Shown here: positions 25,852-36,545 of the stretch, piece by piece
Numbering within the stretch: position 1 is the first letter of the stretch
How the letters are laid out: the number at the start of each line of letters is the position of its first letter
Notes under the pieces: generated by a model
The model's input: the letters and a program-made list of their open reading frames with translations, nothing else
Databases searched by the model: none
Told to the model about the DNA's origin: nothing
Made by a program: the position numbers and the translations under genes
NCBI GenBank assembly: GCA_051294375.1
Contig: CM119269.1
Coordinates: 10,832,883-10,896,882, forward strand
Direction: 5' to 3'
Length of the DNA stretch: 64,000 nt
DNA from: Paraspadella gotoi
Lineage: Eukaryota > Animalia > Chaetognatha

Positions 25852-28562
25852 TTAGCAATTGCAATGATCTACCATGACGAGATCCTTCAATTTCAATCCA
25901 TTTTTTTCCAGAATGGAGTAAGCAATCCCCCTGTAGCCATAAATAAATTAGATTATCTTCTAGTACATTTATTTTTCAAATAAAAACGTTTACCTGTACT
26001 GTGGCCTTAAATTGCGTTTTCGGCTGAATATCCACACGAGCTGATAATGATAAAAGACGAAATCCGCGCAACTCCAAACGACGGCGTAATTGTCGTAGTC
26101 GGTTCCTAGCACCCAATACCTTTGTCCAGGCGACAGTGGCGACGGCTTTTTCCAATCGATGGTTCATTAAACGGTCAGCGTCAAAGCACAAAGAAATATG
26201 TATGCTTTACGTTATAGCTTGTTACTCACTCGGATGATTAGTTTGGCGGAATTTTCAGATTCCTCGTATTTTCCGCCGACGGTCAACCCTGTGAAGGTAG
26301 TTCTTAGGTAGTTAAGAATCTCAAAGTATCCTTTTTAATATTATAAGGCGAATACAATACGAAAATGAATGAAACAAAAAAAACTGTAGGCAGAATCTGC
26401 TGAGTTACTCGAAACATATTTTGATAGCCTAGTTATATTACATTGAAGTCATAAACGTTTCACCTAGTGTTCCGATAACCGTTAACAGTTAACGGTTATT
26501 AACGGTTAAAAATAATTTTAACTTAACCGTTAATATATTTATTTTAATAAATATAAATATAAATAAATATAAATATATTAACGGTTAAATTCGGTTAATA
26601 TTCAAATGTGATTTTTTTCATTTTTTGGTATGAAATCTTTAAATTTAATAAAAATATATTTTTTTCTATCCTCTCTTATTCTCCTTTCCCCTTCTCACCA
26701 TATTTTTACCCCTCTCTCTCTTCTCCACTTATTCCCTGCTTTTTTTCTTTGTTATTTTCTTCTTTTTTTTCTATCCTAATTTCTCTCTTATTCTTTCTTC
26801 CCCTTTATTTATCTCCTCCTGTTTCTTTCTTTTTCTTTCTCACTTCCCCTTTTTCTTTCCCCCTTTCTTTTCTCTCCTTTTTTCTCCCTTTTATTTTACC
26901 TTTTTCTTTTTTTTCGCCCTTCCATGCAATAATATATATTCAATTTAGCTAAAAATAAATAATCCTTATTTTACTTTTTCTCTCTTTTTTACCATCTTTA
27001 AAATAAAACCGAATGAATTTAAAAAAATTAATAAAAAACCAAATAAAAGAAATATAAAAAAATTTAAAATTGATATTAGAAGAAACAAATCTTAAAAAAG
27101 ACATTAAGCTAAGGCTCACTAAAACTATTCTTCAATAAGGATGATATACTTTTTATTTAACTGAAAAATATATTTATTAATCAATAAATCTTTTGATCAA
27201 TCGATAAATCAACCAGTCTATCAATAAATTAAAATTCATATTTATATTAATGGTCAATGGTCATGGTTTATGAAAGACTAACAGAAAACAAGCGTTCAAG
27301 AAACTAACAACTACAAAAATAATGAGGAAGAGAAGTAGAGAAAGAAAAATAGAAAGCAAAAGAGAGAAGAGAAAACAAAATATACTAGAATTATAATTCG
27401 ATGGTATCCTTTCGTTTTGTTGTATTATGAGATTAGCAAAAATATTTGTTTTGTTACAACAACAGTTTTATTTGACATAAAAAACAGAAATGTTTCGACT
27501 CGGTTTCGAGTCTTCTCCAGCGCATTCAGGAGCCAGAGTTAAAGAGAAAATACCATTAAATACTTTAGTTTGTTTTAAATTATAAAATTAACCGATCTTA
27601 AATTAACCGTTAAAAATGTTAGTTTTAACGGTTAAGCGAATTTCCTAAAAAAATAACGGTTATTGGAACTCTAGTTTCACCTTCCTTAGAAAGACAATTC
27701 AATAATTAAATTTATGTAAAAGCTCGCAGTAAAATAAAGAATGTCATAAATAAACAAACTGCCTCTTTTAAATATAAATATATTCTTATGGTGAACTAAA
27801 ATCCACCAACCGTTCATCAGCGGCCATTGGTGCCGGAGGCAAGTCATTCGCCTCCCAACCCAAAGGTCCGTGGTTCTAGCCCGGTGGTCGTCTGGCAGTT
27901 AAGAGGGACGGGGCGCTTAACCCGCCTGTAACATGGTGTTACAGCCTGATCCGAAGCTCAGGGACTGCTTATATTGAACGGTTCTGTCATTAACACTTAT
28001 CAATAATTACTGTCTCTTCATTCTTATGTATTTTTATTTTCTTATTTTCTTTAGAGTCTATGAATTTATTATTTCATAAAGATACTGTATAACCGAATAA
28101 CAAAATAAAAATTGTAAATAAAAATAGAGGATAGGATCCAAATATTTTAATGCCTTTAAATTACAAATTTAAGTATCAAAAATAACATTGCACGTACACT
28201 CTCGTTTTCCCTCATAGATCCACGTCGTGTTCCACAAGATTCTTCCCTCTCCAAGGTCCGAAATACTTAGGTCGATGCATCGTCTGTGTGAAGTCTCGTA
28301 GAGATTATAGTTTTTTTCGATTTCGTACCTATATAAAACAAAAAAAAATATATAAAACAAAAGAAACTGGTTCGATTCGGGGAGTGGTTATTGATTACTT
28401 TGAACGACCTGGAATCGAATTTAAATTTAAAAAAATATACCAATCTCCGACGTAAGATGGCAAGTCGAGGTGTTCCATCCCGGGAGGTGTGGGACAGGAT
28501 CCCAAACAAAACACGGAATGTATGCAAACCGTCGACCAAAAAAACAATTCGAGTAAACCCAT
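25852..28562 (-). CDS. Apolipoprotein D-like lipocalin, 5 coding exons, ~180 aa
   Basis: Exons (minus): 28562-28441, 28328-28198, 26288-26230, 26145-25994, 25930-25852 (543 nt, in phase). Hydrophobic N-terminus, LGSCPTPP..LDLPSYVGDWYEIEK (SCR1), YWVLGTDYDNYAVVWSC (SCR2), VWIFSR (SCR3), C-terminal DHCNC*. Confidence 0.9.
26465..27673. mobile_element. hAT-type non-autonomous element (~1.2 kb) in a lipocalin intron
   Basis: TIRs TAGTGTTCCGATAACCGTTA / TAACGGTTATTGGAACTCTA, perfect 8-bp TSD GTTTCACC (26457-26464, 27674-27681), and many subterminal TAACCGTT/AACGGTTA repeats. Confidence 0.88.
27787..28020 (+). mobile_element. tRNA-twister element, copy D (reference copy), 4-bp TSD TTCT
   Basis: Terminal hairpin; tRNA-Gly(CCC)-like cloverleaf 27820-27891 (acceptor GCGGCCA/TGGTCGT, A box TGGTGCCGGAGG, B box GGTTCTAGCCC); twister 27895-27968; enclosing inverted repeat AACCGTTCA/TGAACGGTT; TTCT at 27783-27786 and 28021-28024. 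Confidence 0.9.
27895..27968 (+). ncRNA. Twister self-cleaving ribozyme (P5-type permutation), copy D
   Basis: P5 GCAGTT/GACTGC; L1 3' strand GACGG; minimal P1; cleavage motif T^AA (27918/27919); P2 CC/GG; GCC; P3 CTGTAACA/TGTTACAG; P4 CCTGA/TCAGG with loop TCCGAAGC; pseudoknot T1 CG/CG and T2 GC/GC. Confidence 0.75.
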
Positions 28563-30954
28563 TTTCTTCTTATACCTAAAATAATTGATCGTGCGTATAA
28601 AAAATGTCGTTATTTATCAAAATTTTGTTGTATATTCTAGAATGGACAATCAATTTTACATTTTTTTAATGTAATCTATTTTCATATATTTCAAAGTTGC
28701 AAGTTTTTTTGGCTCTGCTTTTGAAAAGATGCTCGCCTCACGTTGCTATCATTGCTAATCTACTTCAACATTTGTCGATGGGAAAATGAAGGTGATATCC
28801 AGATGGTCTGTTTTAAAATCCAAAATTATTTGTCTTATGTTTCATTGACACACACAGTATTAAATAAAAACCTAAAAATCTAAAATTCTATGCGATAGAA
28901 TAGATGCATGAAGCATTTCATTTAGAGATAAAACAATTTCAAAGAATTAATTTATATTTCAGGAAAAATGTTGAAATCAGGGGAAAAAATGTGAATAATC
29001 TGGATTTCCGCAAGTACTCTCTTGAAACTATATCCTCTAATGAGCAATAATACTTTTTCATGTTAACATCTATTCCGCATTGAACAAAGGTTCGTCTCGT
29101 CACCTGTTGTAGAAAAAAATATTGACCTCATTTAATTTTTAAAAAAGTCTTAATTTTTTAATCTTTAGAAACCAGATTTAAGAGTCAATATACTATCACA
29201 TTTTCGTACATAAAAAATAACTAATATAATGTAAAATTTCTATTAATTTTTTTTTATTTATATTATAAAAAAATTGGCTTCGGACCTCAATAAATTATTT
29301 TTAATCACCTGCGAATCTCTCAATGAGTTAAGTCCCAATGAAAATAGAAATAGTTCGGTTTTCTTTTTTTTTTCTGTTTTGGTCTCCCTTACTAAGGGTT
29401 TTAGGTTTTAGGCCTTAGCTAGGGATTAGCAGTATTCGACGAAATTTTTATTTTTTTATCGGCCGAAAAATAATAGGGAATTTGATACCAAAAAACAAAG
29501 CTTTTTGAAATATTTGCTGAATGGAAAATACTGAAAAGAAAAATTTTATTTTTTGAATATAGGTAGCGTAAGCATAACTAAAAACCGAAAAAGAATCTTT
29601 CAAATAAGAAAAATATTGAAATAGTACAGAAAGCAATATTTCTTTTTATTGTAGCGCAAAAACTAGGCTTTCCTCGCAAAACCTCTGGTTATAGGAGATG
29701 CAAATGTATTTACTCTCAAGGTATTTATCATTGATAATTCCCAAAAATGCGCAAAAATGCGCCAGCAGTAGTTCTGGCGATAGTCATTCTATATATCGTT
29801 TCCTACTGTATATTAAGGCCTATGAATCATCAATATGTATGAAACTGATATAATATATTTATTATGATCTTAAAATTTATCGTGCCTTTTTTCTGCTTAC
29901 AACCATTCCTCATTTGCTTAATATACACGATTCCTGTAATTATTATAATGTAATAATATAATAATAATTATATTGTATTGAACTAAGTTCGTAGAGGTGG
30001 CTGTCGTTGACGACTAACTTCCTGAGCAGATTCTGCGCTATCAAAACGAGAGGAATTCGAGTTTGATGGCGCGAAAGAGACGATGGCGCCGGTCGCGATG
30101 CTCAAAGAGATGACAAAGTCGAAGCCCAGGAGAATCTAAGGTAGACTATCGAGCGTTAGAAGTCCTGGGCAAGGAATAACAAAACATTTAATACACACTC
30201 AGCAAATATATATAAAGTTTAAAGAATCTTTCTTACTTGTTTCTGAAGCCAAATTTGTAGAAAAAGGTTGCCTCTATCACAAGGAAAATCCACCAATCCA
30301 GCGATCACAAGGTTTCTTTTAAAAAAGAAGTTTCCGAGATATCTTAAAAGCGATTTATTATCTTTTGAAAAAGTAGTAAAAACGCAATGCAAGACTGAAC
30401 AAGATCTGAAGAGTTACACGTCGATAGAAATCAATCCTGAAATCCATCGAAATCGCGGGAACCAATCAGAATCAGCCATGCGTCGCTCTCGGAGAACTGT
30501 ACTTAAATGTATATACTATAATACAAGATCGAAACCAAAGATGTCGCTGTGATCGCCAGAGAAACGGAAAATCCTTGAGTTAGTAAGAGAGAATAAAAGA
30601 GCATCGGGGAGAAAGTAGAGAAGCTTGGTTTTCTTCGAGATATATTGATTATCATTTCGTAACAAGTATTATCTTTATTATAGTCTTTATTTTTAACAAA
30701 TTCAAACATAAACCTAAAGACTCATTATTGATCCACAATTTCTGATACTTTTACTAAAATTGGTCCACTGGGTTTTATGTGTAGTATCTTTGTTTCTTTT
30801 TATCTATGATTTGAGATTTATTTTCGGTATTCGTTTTTTCTTTGATTTTAAAGAATTAAAACCGAAAAATAATCGACATTGAATCGGAGATTGTATAAAA
30901 ATAAAAGAGAAAAGAAAATGGAGGAAAGGGAAAGAGATGAGGGGATAAAGTGGC

Positions 30955-31690
30955 TCAGTTTTACGTCAATTTACGCCATTCTACGCCAAAGCATCTTAAC
31001 TTAATAGTTTTTTTTGGAAAATGAAAAAAAGTTTTTATGCCACAAAATTAAATGATATTAATATGGTTTTCTGTTCAGTGTTCATTTTACGCCATTCTAC
31101 GACAAACCTGTATAAAAAAAGGCCGGAAAAATATTTAAAGCAACTTAACCAAGTAGTTTTAACTAGAAAATAAACAAAAAGTCTTTACGCCACAGAAGTA
31201 AATAATATTTATATGCTTTTTTGTTCATTTTACGCCATTCTACGCCACATCTGTATAAAAAGAGGCCAGATAAATCTTTAAAACCACTTAACCGAATAGC
31301 TTTTACTAGAAAACAATCAGAAAGTCTTTACGCCACATCATGATATCTTATTAAACGGTTTTACCTTCATTTCACGCCATTTTACGCCACAATTCTTTTC
31401 CAAATTTAAATATAAACATTTACAATTATTTAACTTGATATATTTTAACATTTTTTTGGAAAATATTATTAACGCCACATATGTAATTAGAAAATAATAC
31501 GTTTTGGCGTAGTTTTTACGTCACCAGCGCCAACAAACACATAAAAAAAAAGAAATCACATCTGAATCCAATACTACAATGTATTCTTAATTAGAAAAAA
31601 GCGTTTCAAAAATGTTGGTTGAATATCCTTGACAGCAGTAAGAAGGCAGAAAGGTTACTCCAAATTGACGTAAATCAGTTGGCGTAAATC
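30955..31690. repeat. Degenerate ~120-145 bp tandem repeat rich in TACGCCA, bracketed by a 13-bp inverted repeat (possible MITE)
   Basis: TTACGCCATTCTACGCCA-like units at ~30971, 31087, 31230 and 31371; TTTACGTCAATTT (30960-30972) versus AAATTGACGTAAA (31662-31674). Confidence 0.55.
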
Positions 31691-31815
31691 AAATATTTAA
31701 AGGTCAAACTTGGATTTAACGATTAAAGTACACTTCGTTAGGCTTAATATAAATTTTAAAACCATCGAATGAAGAAAATTAGTATTTTTAAAGTCGTCGT
31801 CCTCGTCTTTTTTTT

Positions 31816-32160
31816 TCACTTTCTTTTTTCTCCCTCTTCCTTCAACGCTTTCGTGATTTTCCTTCCTTTGACTTCTCCTGGTCTGAGGACGAGATTGGGA
31901 TCGTGGAAATCCCGCAGCGCCCTCTTCCCTCGGCCCTTGATGTCCCCCACTTCGAGTCCCGGAAAGGAGACTAACGGACTCTCGCGCTGGCCAGCTTGCT
32001 TTTCTTCGCCAAAGTGGTCCATGTCGCCTCGCAATCTGGATCGCGTTGATGAATTTAAGCCACGGCCGTCGACTACGCTAGCGTCCCCAAACACTCTAAC
32101 GGCTCTGGTCGTCAAAATAAAGAAAAGACTGAAGGCGACCAAGAACGCCGACGTTTTCAT
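31816..32160 (-). CDS. Putative secreted peptide / neuropeptide-like precursor, 114 aa, single coding exon
   Basis: ATG just downstream of a TTTCAG acceptor; signal-peptide-like MKTSAFLVAFSLFFILTTRAVRVFG; basic cleavage/amidation sites GRGKR and GRK after two related segments (GDIKG, GEVKG); GC-richer than its flanks. Confidence 0.55.
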   Translation of the reverse strand: MKTSAFLVAFSLFFILTTRAVRVFGDASVVDGRGLNSSTRSRLRGDMDHFGEEKQAGQRESPLVSFPGLEVGDIKGRGKRALRDFHDPNLVLRPGEVKGRKITKALKEEGEKRK

Positions 32161-33141
32161 TTCTTGCTGAAATTGAAATGAAATTGGTACAACCAATATA
32201 AAAATTATCCATTCATTTAATAAATAAGCTATCTTGCCCCTGACTTTGGACAGGCTTTGGTGGTTTAAGGCCTCCATCACTCTAACAAGATAATAACATA
32301 GCAGGTCCCTGCAAGCTTTCAATCAAGATAATTATTTTTTATATCAATGCAGCAAGTTAGTAACATAGTAATTAAAGTGAGCTGAAATTAAGCACTTTTT
32401 TCAACATCAAGTTCTTAGTTCTATCAACCTTTTTTTTTCTTTTTACGACTAAATCAATTTCCAAATTATTTTTTTTTAATGAGTTCATTGGATTGTTACA
32501 CTGAAGCTTTTAAATTTATAGTATACGTTATGAAACTTCTTTCTTTTCGTTGTGTTTCAATATTTAATTTGAGATAAAAAACTAAATCTTTTTACAAAAA
32601 CGAAAACGACAACGTAAAGATACTTCGTCTTTTATCTCAAATTAAATAACTGATGACCTAGAAAATTATTTTAATATATATATAAAAAACTAAAAAATAA
32701 ATAATAAATATATTCAATTTAAAATATAAGAATAACATATAAAAGATTATCAAATTTACAGGACGCCCCTTTCTTAAACAGATTTCCCTGGTATGTATCC
32801 CTATCAGAAAATACAATTTGTAGTCTAACCCTCAACAATAACGAATCATAAGTAACCTTAATCCCATAACAAATTGTCCTCTCCACCCCTTTTTTAACTT
32901 CTTAACAAGAAAACTAAAAGTTAAATGAAAGTTAGAAAATAAAAAATGATTGTTTTAATTTTTAGTATTCTACTTACCTTATGAAACTATTTGTAAATTA
33001 GGACATCTTTCATTCTTTATTTAGGGTGATGAAGTGACCCTGTTTGATAGTTAAAGCAGTATCGTTTCTTCATTATCTAAATCCTAAATCTACCGACGAA
33101 AAATCGGTAGAATTAGAAATCTGAAGTTTCGAATTTCAGTC

Positions 33142-33250
<109 letters not shown>

Positions 33251-33577
33251 GCTCGAGCGCATTGTTCACTGCCGAAATCCGCGTAACTCGGAGCCAAAAA
33301 CCCAAAGCGAATAACCGGCGCGTGTTTATTTCCCCGGATGACTTAGCAACGAAGACCCTCACCCGCTGACTTACTTTTGTTTACTGCGAGGCAAGAGTAA
33401 AAGTGAGGACGGAAGGGTAAAAGGAAGGAGGGAAGGAAGAGGAGAGAGAGAAAGGGAGAGAGGGAAAGAGAAGAAAGGAGGAAGCAGCTTAGGTCGACTG
33501 AGGCGTAAACAAAAATACAGTTGTTTCTCTTTCGCTCGACTCAAAACGAGGCTGACCTCCTAGCGGAACGGAAGCGG

Positions 33578-33638
<61 letters not shown>

Positions 33639-34018
33639 AGTCCCGCTCTCGAGGTCGACTTAGTGTCGTGTTATGACTTTCCGGATTGGTGAGGCTTAAC
33701 GCCCTCTGAGGAAGAGGCGAGGGTCTCGAGGTTCCTCGGGTCAAGGGGTCGCAGGATTGAAAGGTCATCATGGAAAGGTCAATTTGTTCCCGGTGGATGT
33801 AAAGACCGAAAGGTGCTCGGTGGAATGATGAGACAAGGTAGATTAATAAAGAGTGGCTGAAATTTAAAGAAGATGGCCCTGTTCTTCGACTTGAGTTGAG
33901 TTAACGGTATTTATATTCTGAATTCTATATACTGTATTTGTAATTGTAGTTCTATTGAGCAAAGTCTTCTTTTTTTTTAGTTTTTAGTAATTCTTAAATG
34001 GCAAGGCATGACCACTCA

Positions 34019-34601
34019 GGCGTAGTAAAATTTAATTAAAATTCTAAAAGTGAGGAACGAACAACATTATACTAATGAACATTTATGTAATAAAAAAATT
34101 TAATAACAATTTACGCAGTAGTCCATATTTATACTAGTACTAAACCAATAAATGTTAAAATTTCAAAACAGTTTTTTCTAAGATTTTTTTGCAGATTTGG
34201 ATTCGTCATAAAAAGTTGATAAAAAGAAATATAACTCTTTTTGAAAAATTCTTTCATTAAGTGGGTTAAAAATTAGAAAAACTTTATTTTAAGCTGAAAA
34301 TTATTTTTTTATATATTAAATATAGTTTTTTAAATTTTTAACCCACTTAATGAAATAATTTTTAAAAATGATTTATATTTTCTTTTATCAACTTTTGACG
34401 AAGAATTCAAATCTGCAATCAAAATTAAGAAACACCTATTTTGAAATTTTTCGATTTCATAAGGATAGTACTATATATAATTATAGCCTGCTGCAAAAAT
34501 TAAAAAACATAAATTTAATTTTTTTTATAAATTAATGTTCACTGATGGTATGTTGTTCATAATTGACTTTTAGAATTTTCGAATGTAACTTTCACTACGC
34601 C
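34019..34601. mobile_element. Kolobok-like MITE, second full copy
   Basis: GGCGTAGTAAAA...TTTCACTACGCC, colinear with 5933-6519. Right flank is TTAA; left flank is atypical (see findings). Confidence 0.8.
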
Positions 34602-35218
34602 TTAATGACCACTCAATTCTTTGTTCTGAAAAAAAATTGTTGCGATTGCAAGTGGTCGATGACAAAAACATCACTTTACGAACGATACTAGCGATAAATG
34701 AGAAGACAACAATAATAAGCCGAGATAATGGCGACGACGACGACTACGACGACCATCGTGACGAACACCACGGCGTAAACGACGACGATGTCGTCTGAGA
34801 TTTCTCTTCTGTTTACTTATTTAATGACAAATGAGAGAACGCCACTATTCTCCGCGGGGGAGCGATCAATCTTTAGCAACTTCAAGCAATTATTAAAAAT
34901 TATTTTTTTTAAAACTACCCTAGTGCTAAACCAAGGTTCGACGAGATTTAAGGGGAGTCTTCGAGATGGATCGAAAAAAAAAATTATTAAAAAAAAAAAG
35001 AATTATACAAAATGAATATAATCTTCCTGGGCTACAATATGCTCCAATCCAAAGTTTTTCTCGAGGTCAACTTTTCAAGATATGAGTGTTTAAAATGGGA
35101 AATCTTAAAAAGCAATCAAGCTATCTCAATGAGATTTTGGTCATTCATACTTTTAGTCATTTTTCAAAACCTTAGAAGAGAAGTAAAAAAACAAAACAGA
35201 GCACAGAGCACAAAACAC

Positions 35219-35274
35219 AGAGCACAGGACTCTTAATCCTGGGGTCGTGGGTTCGAGCCCTATATTGGGCGCCA
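35219..35274 (+). pseudogene. 5'-truncated retroposed tRNA-Lys(CTT) with encoded CCA
   Basis: AGAGCA-CAGGA-CTCTTAA-TCCTG-GGGTCGTGGGTTCGAGCCCTATATTGGGCG-CCA matches the 3' three-quarters of metazoan tRNA-Lys-CTT; the 5' acceptor strand and A box are missing. Confidence 0.85.
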
Positions 35275-35911
35275 CTCTAAACTCCTAACTGGAAGTAAAT
35301 TCACGAGAATGCGGGAAAATATATATTGATGTCAGGAAAATCTATACGGTGACAAAATCATGAGGGTAAAAAAGGGAAAAAACTAGTAGGAGAAGAGAAA
35401 AAGGTGAACTGAATCTCGTGAATGCAGCCCCGAATCCCTGGAAGGAGGATGAAGAGGAGGTGAAGGAGAAGGAGGGGGTAATAGACCCGCGTCGGTCTGT
35501 CTCCTTTTATACTGAATACTATCAACCTCGCAAAATAGATACGCCCAAATGTGGCTAAAGACATGAATTGAGGATTGAATGCATAAACTTTTTTCCACAG
35601 GAAATACTTTTTTAGATAATAAAGGTTAATTTGATTCTTTTGCTGTACAGCAACATTTACAACAGTCTATAATAATTATTATATTTAAAAAAATTGGTAA
35701 TTAAACTATTATTAAAATTTATATAACCAACCACTATTATAATATTGTCATTTACCCTTATTCAATCGTTGTTATTTATTTAAAAAGTAAATTTTCTAGA
35801 AGTTAGTAGAAAAAATTTCAAAAAAAATTACTAAAAATTAACTTGAATTTGAATGAAATATGCTATAATAATTTATTTTCAGTAATCTTCTTTTTTTCTA
35901 ATCTCATTCTT

Positions 35912-36066
35912 ATAAGGAAATAATTATTAAAGTGCCAATACAACGATTTTTATTGTTAGTATACATGTTTCGACTCTGCTGGTTTGAGTCTTCATCAGCT
36001 GTATTGGCAATTCAAAAAATATTTCCTAATATTCACTTAGCAACGAAAAGAGAGAAAATAATATAA
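35912..36066 (-). mobile_element. Short insertion carrying a Penelope-type minimal hammerhead-like motif, 13-bp TSD
   Basis: TAATCTCATTCTT duplicated at 35899-35911 and 36067-36079. Minus strand reads CTGATGA-A-GACTC-loop-GAGTC-GAA-ACATGT-A. Confidence 0.65.
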
Positions 36067-36357
36067 TAATCTCATTCTTTTAATGATTTCATTATTTATC
36101 AAAAAAAACCTCTTCTTGATTAAATTAAAAGTGCAAACCTTTCAGAAAAGTTTGCCTTTCACTGTTTGACTTACTTGTATTATATTCATTTATATATTTA
36201 TTTTGTAAAATAATATTGATTTGTCAGTAGAGAAAATTTGAAAAAGAAAACTACTAAAAATTATATTCACCCCTGATTTCAAAGATTCTGAACCTTTTTG
36301 TATTTATTTTTTGAAGTAATATTGATTTGTTATCAATTAAATTCACCCTTAAGGGTG

Positions 36358-36545
36358 ATGGGCCAAACCCGGAGGTAGTGCAATACCGGGTTAACCCGTG
36401 GAGGAAGTAGTGCAAGCACTGAACACTCATCCTATGCTCAAAAATCAGTTTAATATTCTGGGCCCGCAGTGCGAACCGTATAAGATATTAAGCTGATAAG
36501 AACAGATACTACACTTTGATCTTAGCCAAAAGGCCGAGAAGCGAT
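36358..36545 (-). ncRNA. RNU2: U2 spliceosomal snRNA, copy 1
   Basis: ATCGCTTCTCGGCCTTTTGGCTAAGATCAAAGTGTAGTATCTGTTC 5' end, branch-point-pairing GTAGTA, Sm site GATTTTTGA, stem-loop IV loop ATTGCAC. Confidence 0.97.

Noticed and set aside
25976-26191. ORF-track protein MCFDADRLMNH...
   Set aside because: Wrong frame; the real exon is the lipocalin YWVLGTDYDNY frame.
27820-27891. Functional tRNA-Gly gene
   Set aside because: The anticodon and D stems pair poorly and the sequence is embedded in a dispersed TSD-flanked repeat, so it is tRNA-derived rather than a tRNA gene.
29980-30710. GC-richer exon-like patches on the minus strand with hydrophobic translations
   Set aside because: No consistent, recognisable spliced reading frame could be assembled; may be a decayed gene or UTR exons.
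35250-35274. tRNA-Lys primer-binding site of an LTR element on the minus strand
   Set aside because: The tRNA match extends far beyond 18 nt, and no adjacent LTR end or gag/pol sequence is visible.
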